From: Balanoglossus misakiensis
Lineage: Eukaryota > Animalia > Hemichordata
Direction: 5' to 3'
Assembly (NCBI GenBank): GCA_040954595.2
Contig: CM082590.2
Coordinates: 8,060,001-8,124,000, forward strand
Length of the DNA: 64,000 nucleotides
Under the pieces are notes generated by a model. The model was given only the letters and a program-made list of their open reading frames with translations, did no database searches and was not told where the DNA came from. Made by a program: the position numbers and the translations under genes. How positions within the stretch are numbered: position 1 is the first letter of the stretch; each line of letters opens with the position of its first letter. This document shows, in pieces, positions 24,695 to 38,771 of the stretch.

Positions 24695-27241
24695 TTAACA
24701 CGAAGGCCTGCCAGTTTTAATTCTATCTTTCAGGTCTTTTCGTCCTGCACGGACAAGAGCTGCTTGTAGAATTTCCACAGTTGCATTCTTACCCTGCTTA
24801 CAATTCCAACGATAAAGGCCCTGAAAGAATAAAGAGAACACAAATAACACTGTCAATATGATTAAAGGTATGCAAATTTAGCTACAGTTAATACCATGGC
24901 AAACTGAGATCTAGCCAATCACAAATTTTCATTGGGTGGCACAGTGAAAAAATGAGTTCCACCATATGCAGTGTGTGGTTATCACATTCCATAGCCTATA
25001 TACATAGAATTTTGAGAAAACAGTGTTTAATACAGTTTTGTCATTTTCTTGAAATTTTCACACAAGGTGCCTTAATTAATGGATAATTAAGTGATATAAA
25101 GAAAACAGTATGTCACCACGCTCGATTTTTTTGAGGAGCTCTTCAGATATTTTCACCATAGGAAATGGGAATATGAGAAAAGTGCTGATGGTTTTTACCT
25201 GGTATGCCTTTTCACACAGATCACTGCCTCCTTGGGAATCAATGTTTTGCATGTCAGGTTCACTCATACGCAGTTCACGCAGCATAATTTTCCAGTCACA
25301 CCCTATAGATTTGGATATGCTACGACGGATGTCTTCTGGAACGCCAACTGTTGGGAAATAGATGAACATAATTAACATTAATGCAAAATTTGTATGACTA
25401 TGATGGTATATTAATTACTCATAAATTGTGGGCGTGTGTGATCTATATATACTATAGAGAAACTACAGTGTAACTTTTGATATTTTCAGTATTTTTGTTC
25501 TGTGTGTCACATACAGTCTAATATATTAACCCTTTCACCCCCAGTTCCCTCTATAGAGGTCCATGCAGATTTATCATAGAAAACCACTGATTTGGACCAA
25601 ACCAAAGTGGGCAGGTGTTATTTCTGACATACCTGTTTCTTCATCACTTCCAACAAAATATGTCTCTTGTCGATCCTTCTCATGGTATTGTTCTTCGCAT
25701 GATTGTCCATGGTCAGTTTGGGAGAGCTGTTTTTTCCGGGTTTTGGGACTGGAATAAGTATTAAGACTCTTCCACTTTCGTGCTTGACTTCTATCCTTGG
25801 GTCTGCTTGCTGAGTGTTCATTGACAGTAAGTAGTAGTGAAGGGTTTGCATTGGTGTCAAGATACAGAAAATTGGCTGTAGGGTCTTGTCCAGTTTCTTC
25901 TATTGAGCTAGTGTTGGATTCAATACTGGAGGTTGAATCCTGAAATCCTAACGTTGAGCTCCAGAATGTATTGTCAGCAGAGTATGTTGAACCGCTCTGG
26001 CTGTAAAGTGAAGTTGTAATTGAGTCGGTCTCTTCTGCAGTGGTGATTTTCAGGGAAGGATATCTGAGTTGCATATCGGTCTCTTGGACTGCTGGGGTAC
26101 GGCATGCTTCTATGTCTTCTGAATGTCTTCTCACTGCCACCTTGTGTTTCGATGCCCCGGACACTGGCTTTCCTCGTCTAATTATTTTAGATTTCTGTTT
26201 CTGGCATCTGGGACCACTATTACTTTTGTTTTGTTTTCCATTCATGTGATCATCTCCATTTCCAGTTGGTGCCGGTTCAGGTGTTCCATGACCACTGCAC
26301 GTGGCCACTTTGTTCTGCATAGAGTACTGGTGCCCAATACTGGTTGGTTTTTGTCCCTCTTCATGCTCCCTGTTCAGCTGTTTCAAAGTATCTTCTTCAC
26401 ATCCAAATTGCAGGGATTGTCTTTGAGCACTGACACCTTGCATTGAGTTTTCGTTGTTTCGCATGAGGAACTGACGGACGTCACTGTTTGCCTGCACATT
26501 GCCACCTGGCAAAGTTGATAGTGATTTCGACTGGGAGCAGTCATCTTCCATTGGTGCCTTATTTATTTCACCATTACATGTGTCGTCAGAAGGGATTATA
26601 GGTTTACATGCCAAAGTAGAATCCTCCTGGTTTGAGTCTACATATTTGGAATATTGGTTTAAAGTGATTTGGTATGTAAATCCTAAAGAGCCTCTTCTGC
26701 GTGCTAGACCATCCATCTGAGGTTTGGTGCAGTCATATGTTTCATCACATACCGGTAGTTCACCACAGTTGTTGTTTGTCACACCATGTTTTGCAGTCTC
26801 GTGGTCCTCACGACGTTTCCTCGATCCTGATGTCATGTCCGCTTGACTGTCTCCCTGTGGATGTTTGCCTTCATCAACTGAAGTGAGATCCTGCTTTTGC
26901 AGGTCTTCCTCTGCAGACATGAAATCATCACTTTCAAGTTCTACATTACTTTTCTGTTGACAATTTGAACGTTCAATAAGACGCTTTTCGAGACTTTTGC
27001 GTTTCTTTTGCTCTGCTTCAAGTTCACGCTGGTAACTTTTCACCATATTCTGCAGAACGGAAATTTCAGCTCTATCAGATCTCAGCTTTTCTTTATATTT
27101 GTCACATTCTTCTTCTTTCTGTAGATACACACTGTAGGGTACTACTTTCACAGAATTTCCATCAGTCAAAAGACTTAATTTTTCCTCCACCTTAGCAAGT
27201 CTGGTCTCCACATGCTCGTGTCTTTTCTCACAGTTCGACAT
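24695..27241 (-). CDS. Coiled-coil / long disordered / C-terminal death-domain protein; exons 27241-25633, 25347-25199, 24820-24695 (~627 aa, start uncertain)
   Basis: Spliced death domain IRRSISKSIGCDWKIMLRELRMSEPDMQNID..EKAYQ|GLYRWNCKQGKNATVEILQAALVRAGRKDL. Junction phases 1 and 0 are consistent. N-terminal heptad-rich region. Confidence 0.85.
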
Positions 27242-30059
27242 ACTTCTTGCTTGAGGAGCAGTTTCTGTGAACAGGCAATGCAACTGACTTGAATAGGAAG
27301 CTTATATATACCAGTTATAAGCTTCCAAGTCAGGCTTTGTACTCTACATGTGAAGGTGTGCAATTAAACTACCAGCGAGGTTTGTATTTCCTTATGAATG
27401 TTACTTGTCCACACATACTTGAATGTTCCAGTTTAACCTATGGGAGATGAAGAAAAGGACTTGATGATTTTCCTTGTGTTGGAATCACAAAATGGCAGGT
27501 TTACAATAACTAAATGTCATTTAATTTTCGTGAGTCAGGAATATAATGTCTTTGGATGTTATCAAAATATAATACAATGTATATGGACGTCACCGTGCTT
27601 GTTAATTGAGTAAATAACATGAGAATATTTATACGATACAAGTTTTGGTACTGACCAAAAATGAAATTATGGAAATATTTTTATGTACATTGTATTTATG
27701 ATATATTGCTGGATGGTTCAGATTAAATTACCGAGAATCTGATTTAACTGTATTTATTGTATGGCTTCCATAAAGCTAACAACTTTTGGCATCCCATAAA
27801 ATTCGGATAACAAATATGTACATGTACTTCCGTTTCAAGTAAAACGACAGTATTATCAATTAAATTCGCAATCCATATGGTCAGAGAACACAATTGAGTG
27901 AGTAGAACAATTAACAGATATAGCTTAGTAACCAAAACAATTAAATATCAAAAGCTACAGCCACATTGACCCTTCAACATAATTGTTTGTGCAATTCAAC
28001 TACTGGGTAAAATTGTTTTGTTGGAGTTTTAAATGGGTTGAATACTGCTGTATCTCAAATCTGTGAACGAGGCTCATTCCGCACAATTTTTCCACCCACC
28101 CGTGTCCGCATTCTCCATTTTTGTTCTTTTTCAGTTGTTGATTGTTGCTGGCAACCACCTTTATCGTTATGGTATGGTGTGACGTACGTGGCCACCATTG
28201 TTGTGAGTTTAATCATTGACACATATTATGGCAGCCATTTTTGCCGTATCCCCAGAATTTTTACAGCCAAAGGGTGACAACACACGCTGTTTGCCATTGA
28301 TTTTCCAGGCTTCCTTCCTAAAACACGTGCATCGAACATACTCACAATAAGTATAATTTAAAGACAATATACTTACCAAACCCTGACCACTGTCATTAAT
28401 TCATGCCCCTCATAGTATCCTAAGTTTTCTTTGCTATGACGTGAAGGACTCTATATACACACATATATATGCACATCCTGAAAAAATGACATTTTGCCAA
28501 ACGCAGTACCATTTGTCCTCGAATTTCTTAACTTCCTTGTCACTGAAACGTGTTTGACAAATCTTCCAAATGTAGCATTAATTGGAGAAATTCCAAAACA
28601 ATACTGACCCACCAGTTGATAGTTTCGTTTTGACTGCAGTCACATGATGTTATACATTTTTGTACATGCCAATTAGGATCAAATGCGCATGTCTGACCAG
28701 GCTCCTTAACAACCATGTGACGTGCCAACTTATTCTTATTTGACTAATTATTTAATTAATATTATTATTATTTAGTTTACAAGGTGACAAATTTCTGCAC
28801 AAGATACCAGTACTTACTTTTCGACACATACTAGTGATGGAAATTATTATGGTGTTTAAGATTGTGGGATGGGTTTAAGATTATAAATGAAGTCAAGGAA
28901 CCTATATATATCTCATGACTCACCCCGGAACCACAAATCATTGTAAGATTTTGACATGTCCTGCTTATAGGTCAGACTCAACCCAGGAATTACAAATGTA
29001 GGTCAACTTGTTGTTTGTCAGCAGTCGCTCATGCCTTCTTGTCTAAAGCAATGGCGCAGGCACTATAACAGACAATGACTGCCGTGGCGCTGTCTACTGT
29101 CAATGTCAAGGTCAAGGGTATGAAAGAGGCTTGTCCCCACCAGATAATGATATAGTCCAAATCACGGGCGAGTGGAAGCATAATTGGCAAGATGTAGTTT
29201 TAAAATGTTGTGAAAAAGAAAACAGCACGCCACAATACATTTAATGAAAACTCATTTTCTTCATTTAAATTCAAGCTCTTCTTTTTCACATTTGAATTAC
29301 AAAATTATACACATTAGAATTCAAAATGGCTGTATTTGCCTGGATAATTCAGATACATACATTACCATGGAAATATGACTATTTACACATACAGAAGGTG
29401 ATACTGTACCAGTAGACATTATGCAAATATAAGATTCATCATCTGTACATGAAGCAATGTTGTGCATGACTTTATAGGAAGTACGTGAATGTAGACTTCA
29501 AAATCTAAAAACATCCTATCTTTTGCCGAAGATCTTCAATGGTCAGAAATGAATCAGATATCATGAAGGTTGGTTTTGAAAAGTTGTACAAAGCGAAATT
29601 TTGTGATATTATTCATGCTCCACAGCCTACATGAAATGACAATTATATTCAAGCATTTTACATGCGAGTACAAAAATATTACCGAATAGTTCTTATTGTA
29701 CAAGACACAAATAGTGAGAAAATATCAAATAACGTGATTTTTTAAAATCTCATTTTGAAGGGTTTAAAGTTTTCTATGGTGTAAAGAATCCCAGTGAAAT
29801 CACAGCAGATGTGGTTGTAAATACCGGTACATGTAATCTTGGTGATATGGACGGAAAGATGTCACAGTAGACATGTTTTTCTCTCATTTTGGGTTTCCCT
29901 AGAGTTAGTGTCTTAACACAGCAAATCTGTACATGGCTATGGCCGAACTATTATTAAATACTCCTTTGTATGTACAAATTAACTTGTGATGCTTGGTGGC
30001 AATGGTTTTTCAAGGAACATTTTTTTTCTAAGAAACGTGTCGTTCAGAAACAAAGGTCA

Positions 30060-33000
30060 TCACTTTTCTTTTTCAGAATTTTTGGAAGGGCTGCGCTTCT
30101 TCTCAAACTTCTGAACTTTCTTGGCATCAATTTCTTTCTGTCTTTCTTCCTCTCTCTTTTGTTTCTTCTCCAATTCCTTTTCGTTCTCCTTCTCTTCTTC
30201 TTCTAGTTTGTCCTGAAGTTCTTTCCTCCACTGGTCTTCTACGATTCGTTTCAAATCCAGCGTCGTCCGGGTGCTGTACTCCACTGGAGATTCATAGAGA
30301 GCCATTGACATCATCACTTCCTCTCTGAAACGACAGAACGACAATTTCCGTTATCGACCTTCCCTTTCACCGCAATGGTTCAGTCCAAACCCATTGATTT
30401 CTATGGTAAGGTTGGACCTCTAATGAGGGAACTGGGGGTGAAAGGGTTAAAGGTCTAAAAGATGAACACAACTGCAAACCATATGTGATTTTTTCTGACC
30501 AGATCATATGTTGACAATCATTCCAAATTCTACGATTTTCCAGGAATTTTTGAGGTCCAACTTGAAACTTGCCAGAAATGATTGCTTGTATAGTAATTCT
30601 GTCAAAAGTGTTTTGCAATCGTCAAAGTTGCAGTCCTCTTAAGAGGGAACTGGGGGTGAAAGGGTTAAAATAGAAATCAATACACACATCTCTGTCCTAC
30701 CAGGTAGAATTGGATGATTTAGTATGTTAGCTCTAGTAGAAGAAATTGTAGGTATGTACTATAAGGCCCCTAAAAATGCTGTTCGAAGTTTTAGTCCTCA
30801 CCGTAATGTCGGTCTCATTTTTGTCCTTCCGGGCGTTTTCACTGCTGGTGGGGGGAGTTTCTTTGGTCGCAATCTGCTCGTGGATGGTTTGGGTGATTCT
30901 ATTGGTGGTGGTAGGGGTGGCAGGTAGATGCTAGCCAGCCCTGCAGCCAGCTTTGCGTTTAGATTCTCGACTGGGGAGTCTGTTTGGTTTTCTTTCCTCT
31001 TGGCTTCCAATTCTGCTTCTACCTGGGTCAGAAAAATTTTAAAAAAATATTAGAATTATCTGTAGTAATGCGATCATAGAAAAGAATTTGTGGCAATCCA
31101 TGGCACAGAATACAAACCAAATTATATATGAAAGCTTTCAAAAGGAATGTATAGAGAATAACAGGCCATATACATGTATGTAATATAATCTTGTATCACA
31201 CAGACATGACTTTGTTCTGGGTGTTTTGTTGATCGTCTGTGCTGTACTGTGTCATGTTGAACATTGGATATTTGACCGATAGAGTATTGATGGGCCAGGT
31301 ACCATCACAATAATATACATTTGGATATTGCATAAGCTGTTTGTTACTAAGTACCACTAAATTCTCACCTGGCCAACTTTGAAAGCTTCTAAAACTCTGT
31401 CATCGCGTTCCTTAGAGTGGCAGCGCATCAGAGCATTCCATGCGACCGTCCGTAAACCCTCGCGACATTTGTCCCCTTGGACACAGCGGCAAATTTTGAC
31501 CAACCCCTGAACAGCGGCGTACCGTATTCTCCAGCTCCAGTCACTCTGACCTAAAACGTAATAAACACAAAAACTCGTTAGCTTCGCCTTTTCACCCCCA
31601 GTTTCCTGTATAGAGGTCCAACCTTACCATAGAAAACAATGGATTTGGACTGAACCATGGTGGTGAAGGGGTTAAAGCCCCCAGTAACTCAATCTTTTAG
31701 GTACTGTAAAACACTTTATTTTCGCGAGTTAAATTTTTCGCGATATATCGAGAGAGGCCACTGTTTCGCGAGTATTAATTTTCGCGCTCTCTCATTTCAT
31801 TCACTGCATTCACTGTTATCTTCAAAAACAATTTACGCGACTTTTTACTTTCACACTATTTTGGCTCTCGCGTATTTGGCGAAAATTAATTGCTCGCAAA
31901 AATAAAGTGTTTTACAGTATTCTTTTTTAGTAATTTTCTCTCATGCATCAACTGTGGTTTCATGTTCAACTCTGGAAAGCCTAATATGAGATGTCCGGAT
32001 CTTTAGCTTCTCAACAAAGCCAGTACATATGAGTAAATGGGAAACGTTATTGTTGATAAATGGATTCATATCATGACCAGAATTATGTATGATGATCTAC
32101 CCATGGGTTTGATATGGTTCGGTCCAAATCCATTGTTTCCTATGGTAAAACCGGACCTCTATACAGGGAAAAGGTTGATCTGAAAGGGTTAAAGGGACAA
32201 AGTCTCTCTCTCGCTGCCCTTTTTCCATTAACTATGTTTGATACAAGACACTGGTTATGTTAATGTAAATGTGGATATATAGTGAATCAATGATCAACCA
32301 CACAAAACTTCCATCCCACTTGTATGATATGAGAGTGAAAACTCGCCCAAAATGAATAAATGTTAAAGAACGATTATTCATTTTGGCGAGTTTTTTCACT
32401 CTCCTGTCTATAAGCGGGATGGAAGTTGTGAGTGGTTGAACGTTCATTCGCTATATATCCACATGTAGAATAACATAAACGGTGTCTTGTATCAAATATA
32501 ATGAATGGAAAAAAGGGCAGCGAGAGAGAGACTTTGTCCCTTTAATCTGTAATGTAGGGCTCTCTGTATCAACACATCACTCTACCTTTTTCTCCCGTCT
32601 CCGTGGACGACCGGAACTCCACCATATCGAGCAATCCGGCACTCTCCAATATGGGAGACTCATCCTCCTTGTATTTCTTGATTTTCTTCTTTCCGTTTCC
32701 GAGAAGCGCGATCTTCTGAATGTTGGCCGTCTTTCCGTGCAGGCACAGAGCAGTCATCACATCCGTGTAGGTGAACACCACTTCCCAACGCCATCCCTGA
32801 ATTCCCGGAACATCCGGCACCTACCGGGAAAAGAAGAAAGTTTTCCCATCTCTTACTTTATCCTCTCACTGAGTCATTTCAGAATCGAAGAGCAAAGCCT
32901 GACAATATTTTGATTATTTTTTGTTTCATTTCGAAGTCAATTTTGATCCACTCGTTTTAACCAAATTACTAAAACCTGCTTTATAGGTATACAATGACCT

Positions 33001-36000
33001 ATGCACATTTAGCCACAGTTACCATGAAAAGTTGAAATCTTACCAATAAAAGATATTCACAAGATGGTCATTTATGCTCTTAGATATGCCTTTTTACCAT
33101 ACACAAGCACATGTTAATTACAGCTGTTTGTACATGTACTGTAAAATTTGAAAGTACAGCAGTTTGGTACTTTTGCAGGAAATATGGATATAGGTTTCAC
33201 AATAGTGTGGGTTTCCTTGACAACAGCACTTACTGGAATATTGGTGTATGATGTCATCGATGTCGCTTGCGATGCCCTGCCTCCACTGGGAAGACTCGTG
33301 CCGAACTCCGCGAAGTACGCCGTGTTCGGAACGGGATCGATCGTGACGGATTTGGGACTCCGAGTTCCGCTGCGCATCGAGCTGCGGCTAGGGTTGTAGC
33401 CCCCCGAGTGACCCCGGGACGAACTCTTCTCAGTCAGGTTCTCGTCCCAGGTGACCTCTCGCTTGACCGTCGTCGTCGGCGTGGCTTTCAGCGACTTCAT
33501 CATCTGGGTGACGTCCTCGCGCCCGGCGTCCGTCCCGCTGTGCTCCCCCGGGGCCATATCGCTGTCGTCGGTCGAGTTCAAATCGGCGTTGTCGTGCATA
33601 GGGGGTATACCCCCTGCTGAGTCTAAACTCTCCTCGCCCGTGCTGATGTCAGCAAAGCTACCGCGACTACTCTGTTCGGTAATTCGCCCATCCACACTTT
33701 CTCCGCTTAACCCTTCCTCCTTGACGTCCTGCGGTGTGCCGACGAAGACCGTCGTCGACGCGTGCCGCGACGATTTACTGTACGTCCCTTCCTCGCCGCT
33801 CTTCAGGTGCCGCGGTAACAGAGCGTCCGAACTCCAACTCATCTTCTTCCCCGCCCCTTCCTCCTCCTCTTCCTTCTCATCCAATTCCGGGAATTCCTCA
33901 TCCTGCGCCGAGGAATCCAGACTGACGTTACTGATCATGGAATCTAACTCGTTGGCCAGAGTGTTGTCCTTGGACGTGGTCTTGTCGAAATCGGAATCTC
34001 GCAACTCCGCTTCCTTCATCTCCTGTCCCGGAATGATTCCCTTTCCCAGGTTCTGGAGTGTTCTCAGCACGGAGATGTTGCTCTTGGCTGCTTCTCCGAT
34101 GACTTGCAGAGCTGTCGCTGCATCCACCCTGTGAAAAAGACACAAATAAAATATAAATTAGTCCTGGTATATCTGAGAAACAGCTCCGGATGGACAGATG
34201 GATGCACATACAGAAGGCGGTGATTTTACAAGTTCCCATATTCTAGACAGACCATCAGAAACAGGGACTAGAATACCATGGTTACAGGACTACCTGACGT
34301 ACATTCTAGCCGTAAACGCCCACTTACATAAAAGCCTAACCTTGCTTTGGAAAAGCACAGAGCTAATACTGGACTTTGCTAGGGCTGGCAAAGTGCTAGT
34401 GCAACACTAGAATACAGTTGGAAGCTGGTCTAGAGCACATGTTAGTGTAGACTCTCTCACAGCCCCTCTCGCTTGTCCATGTAGGCTTATGGTCTGATTG
34501 CATGTGTGCTTGCGAGAGGTTCGCTACACAACACCTATAGTCTTGCTCCAAGACTGTGTGATACTGAAAAGCGTGTCCGCATTACATAGAATGTCCTGGG
34601 GCTTCTCCTTTGCTAAACGGTTGAGGGCGCATCAGTGAAGAGCCTTGTAGTGAACCGTGGGCTGTGAGAGAGTCGAATGATGGTGGTACCATTAGCCAAT
34701 AAAGATACATGTACTAACCAGTTCTCAGATGCCACACCACTGCCACACAGAGCCAACGCGTGCAGCCCTTCTTTGAGACCGGTGCTGAGATGAACACAAC
34801 ACCGCCACACATCCAGACCATGCCAGAGTGTGGGACTCAGATCGTGGATGCTGCTCTCGTGTTCGTGGATGCCGAACTTGGGACTGTCGTCGGCGTCCGT
34901 ATCTTCCATCTCTAAAAGCTGCAGAGAGAAACACAGAGACAGTGAATGAACGTAAAAAGCAGGCTTTGCAGAGAAGTCTAAGAAAGATGTTTAGTTAAAG
35001 GGACAAAGTCTCTCTCTCGCTGCCTTGTTTCTATTAATTATATTTGATGCAAGACACCGTTTCTGTTATTCTACATGTGGATATATAGTGAATCAACATT
35101 CAACCACACACACCTTCCACCCCATTTGTAGGATATGAGAGTAAAAATCTCACTAAATGAATAAACAGTAGAGACCGATTATTTATTTTGGCGAGTTTTT
35201 CACTCTCTGCAGACAAAAACACAGAGACAGTGAATCAACGTAAAAAGCAGGCTTTGCAGAGAAGTCTAAAGAAAGAAGTTTAGTTAAAGGGATAAAGTCT
35301 CTCTCTCGCTGCCTTATTTCCATTAATTATGTTTGATACAAGACACGGTTTATGTTATTCTACATGTGGATATATAGTGAATCAACGTTCAACCACACAC
35401 AACTTCCATCCCGTTTGTAGGATATGAGAGTAAAAATCTCACCAAAATGAATAAACGGTAGAGATTGATTATTCATTTTGGCGAGTTTTTCACTCTCGTG
35501 TCTAAAAGCGAGATGGAAGTTGTGTGTGGTCGAACGTTGTTCACTATATATCCACATGTAGAATAACATAAACAGTGTCTTGTATCAAACATAATTAATG
35601 GGAAAAGGGCAGCGAGAGAGACTTTGTCCTAGGAGGTGTGTGTGGTCGAACGTTGATTCACTATATATCCACATGTAGAATAACATAAACAGTGTCTTGT
35701 ATCAAACATAATTAATGCAAAAAAGGCAGCGAGAGAGAGACTTTGTCCCTAAATTAACTTTTATGCATTCATTATGACACTCACCACTTTCTCATTGGCT
35801 ATCTTGTCCGCCTCTTTGATTTCACCTGGGTCGGAGGTGTGGTGACCAATGATCATCCTCCCCACCTCTGAGATGTAACGTAGTGATAAGTGTGCACCTG
35901 GGTAAGGGCTGTATGCCTCCTGGCATTCCATAAAACCTGTGTGTATACATACGCACATACATAAAGTAAGGGTAGCTGGATAAACGATAGGTGGTATAAT

Positions 36001-38771
36001 CTCTACAACGTTGTTTTGTGAGTCACTGGACTCACTCATAAGGAGACTAAACATACATACATACATATATTTACATTGTATTATCGAATGATAAATAAAC
36101 AAATAAACAACATATATCCCAGAAAAAAAGTTGTTGTTCTCAGTGCACACATATTTCCAGTACACAGACAGTCAAATACACAGACATTTGCTCCTTACCT
36201 TTGATTAACACTGAATGCATGGAAATGAATGAAACAATATTCATATTCATAAATGGAGTTGACATGACTGCTACTTTCATATCACAAGCTTGTTCTCAGA
36301 GTACTACCGGACTTGTGGTTTGCACAGCCAACACGGTATTAGTACAGTAGTCACTGAAACATTATAGCATATTCATGTACTGGTATTTTGTAACTTTGCA
36401 CACTCGTTCATTTTACCCAGCTGATGATTTCACCCTCTGTGGCCAAACTGAACAAAGTTCACACCCAACTTGATTGCCTATAATGCTTGGTTGACAAGTA
36501 GACTTGTAAACCTGAAATAACCCTTGGATGCACATGTCTATATCGAACACCTTTTTTTGTCTCTTTGACATAGAACCACATGTTAAGAGAACCTCTATTA
36601 ACTGGACACCTCTGTAAACCAAACAATTTATTTAGTCACTTTGGTGTCTGGTTTAGACAGGTTTGACTGTAAACGACCTTTTACCTTCTAGGTAAGTGAC
36701 CAGTCGGTTCTTGAACTCCGAGTGTCCATGGAGATGACCGGACATGTGATGAAAGAAGAGCCGGGTGAAAACCAGATGCCCCATCTGAAACAAGAATGTT
36801 TGAAAGATCGAATCTAAATATTGGAAAAAAATTGTGTTGCTATGGTCTCAGGGCGCAAGTTTCCTGTGTTCAACTTTGCAATAACATCAAACGAAAAGCC
36901 TCACCAGTCAAGATAACAGTTTTTTAATTATGGGTTAAATATGAAAAAAGTTTTAACCCTCACACCACCATGGTTCAGTCCAAACCCATTGTCTTCTATG
37001 GTAAGGTTGGACCTCTGAAGATGGAACTGGGGGTGAAAGGGTTAAACTTACAAAAAAAAACACATCTTGGAGTATTTAAATATTTTCCCAATTTGCTGCT
37101 TTGTCACATTTACCCTTTCACCACCATGGTTTGGTCCAAACCCATAGTTTTCTATGGTAAGGTTGGACCTCTGACGAAGGAACTGGGGGTGGGAGGGTTA
37201 ACACAACCAGGTCCTGGACTATACACACCTTTAAAAGTTTAATTTCTCCACTTCGCAAATACGGTTGGTTCATGGCGTCCGTTCGCAACCAGTAGAGTGT
37301 GGTCTCAGCGAGGAAGAAAAGACTGGGAATGTGACTTCGAATCAAGGGCGCCTGGTCTAACGATATGATGAGTGCGTCTAGGGCATCTGGAAGTTAGAAA
37401 GATATATGGAACCAATGACAGTGAAGTTCTTGTGATATGAACACTGGATCAGTCACCTCTATATAGTGGCCACTTTGTTACAGTCCCTGTGCCATTTACA
37501 TGTCCAGTCTAACCTGTGTTAGTGGCTATTCACATATATTCCCTATCCTCTAAAATCCTCACCATTAAGCCATATTACTTGCATTTGCATCAGTTTATCA
37601 TCTTTTGGCGACGCATACCATGATAGCTGCGTACTGTTTGTATGGAGGCTGATTAAATTGGCGTGGCACCGTTTTAATACATCTATAAAGTGGCCACTTT
37701 GTTACAGTCCCTGTGCAATTTACATGTGCATTAACTGACCTGTCTATAAAGGCTACCTGTCTATAAAGGCCAGTTTAAGAAAATCCCTTGACTGGCCACT
37801 ATAGACAGGTTTGACTGTATGACCATATGGGTGGTCAGACACAATGGCCAAAACTCTACAACCAGTACTGACCTTCTTGTACTTGACCTTGACACTGTGC
37901 TAATATAGACAGCTCTGACCAGCCCCTTGGTAGGTCTACATGGTTTCCACGGCTACCATCTTTAAGCCCAATTCTTCTCTGAAAATACAGAATATGCAAC
38001 CACTCTCATGTGAATAATTGGAACATACCAATCACTTATCAGAGAAATAATTGGATTGTGACAAATGAACCTGAACTATGACCTGACCCTGACCTTTGCC
38101 CTTGACAGCATTTTCGCAGCCATATCCTCAGCTTTCTTCTTCTCTTCAAACGAAGATGCAGAATTGTACTGTGTGATGAAATCATCATTGATATCAAGTG
38201 GATTCCTGCGAAAATAATGAAACAGGGTTTAGATCATAGTGTTTTTGCCATAGTTTGGAATAGCAGGGAAATGTCTGGACTCATCTCCAGTGTTTCATTC
38301 AGGATTGCATCAACAGAGGGGATATGTCCCCCTTTGCCAGAATATTTTGGGGGGATTCCACTCTGGCAAGGGGGGCTGTAATATCTCCAATATGTGAATA
38401 AAATCATTTTAAGGGGCACTGGCCCCCCTTGATAAATTGATAGGGGGTGCCAACATGTCAACAGGGGGTGAATCCCCCCTCCCTCCGTACACATGGTACA
38501 TGAAAGGATCTGGTTCTCTTAGTGGACACGACTATACCCCATGGCAACGATACCATGGCAATGAGGGTGAGTTAGGGTTAGGGTTAGGAGGGTTAGGGGT
38601 GGCACTGTACATGTAATATGTGATGTCATCTCACCTTGTTACTGTAACCCGATTGACACTACTGACACCCGGCTTGCAAGCCTGTTTCATAAGCCGTTCC
38701 TGTAACTCCTCTCGCTGGCTTTGGGAAATGATCCCGAATTTATGGACGATGGGAATCTTAGTGATCGGCAT
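30060..38771 (-). CDS. TMEM232: TMEM232 ortholog, 12 exons (38771-38635, 38205-38094, 37978-37873, 37386-37229, 36784-36685, 35936-35785, 34918-34719, 34128-33234, 32820-32586, 31550-31369, 31022-30802, 30324-30060), ~920 aa
   Basis: All junctions are GT-AG and in frame. Segments RRIGLK..HVDLPRGWSEL..LAQCQG, HIPSLFFLAE, EIKLLKMGHLVFTRLF, WVDAATALQVIGEAAK and WRWEVVFTYT..LCLHG..ALLG resemble human TMEM232 as recalled. Confidence 0.85.
32189..32545. mobile_element. ~350-bp T2/Kolobok-type MITE (TTAA-AGGGACAAAG..CTTTGTCCCT-TTAA) with long TIRs
   Basis: TTAA flanks, AGG terminus and >100-bp inverted arms. It shares its left TTAA with an adjacent piggyBac-type MITE. Confidence 0.85.
34935..35750. 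mobile_element. Rearranged AGGGACAAAG MITE copies within a local ~285-bp tandem duplication (TMEM232 intron)
   Basis: acacagagacagtgaat..gttaaaggga occurs at ~34931 and ~35221; the right arm is duplicated at 35515-35630 and 35635-35750. Confidence 0.75.
38288..38490. mobile_element. CAGTG-terminal MITE family (cagtgtttcattcagg..); inverted copy at ~48404-48626
   Basis: Shared core ggggatatgtcccc.tttgccagaatattt..gggggattccactctgg; TIR-like ends in the 48404 copy. Confidence 0.65.

Noticed and set aside
33451-34134. 227-aa plus-strand ORF
   Set aside because: Antisense shadow of TMEM232 exon 8.
38571-38600. TTAGGG-like repeats as a telomere or fusion site
   Set aside because: Only about 4 imperfect units inside an intron; too short to support that.
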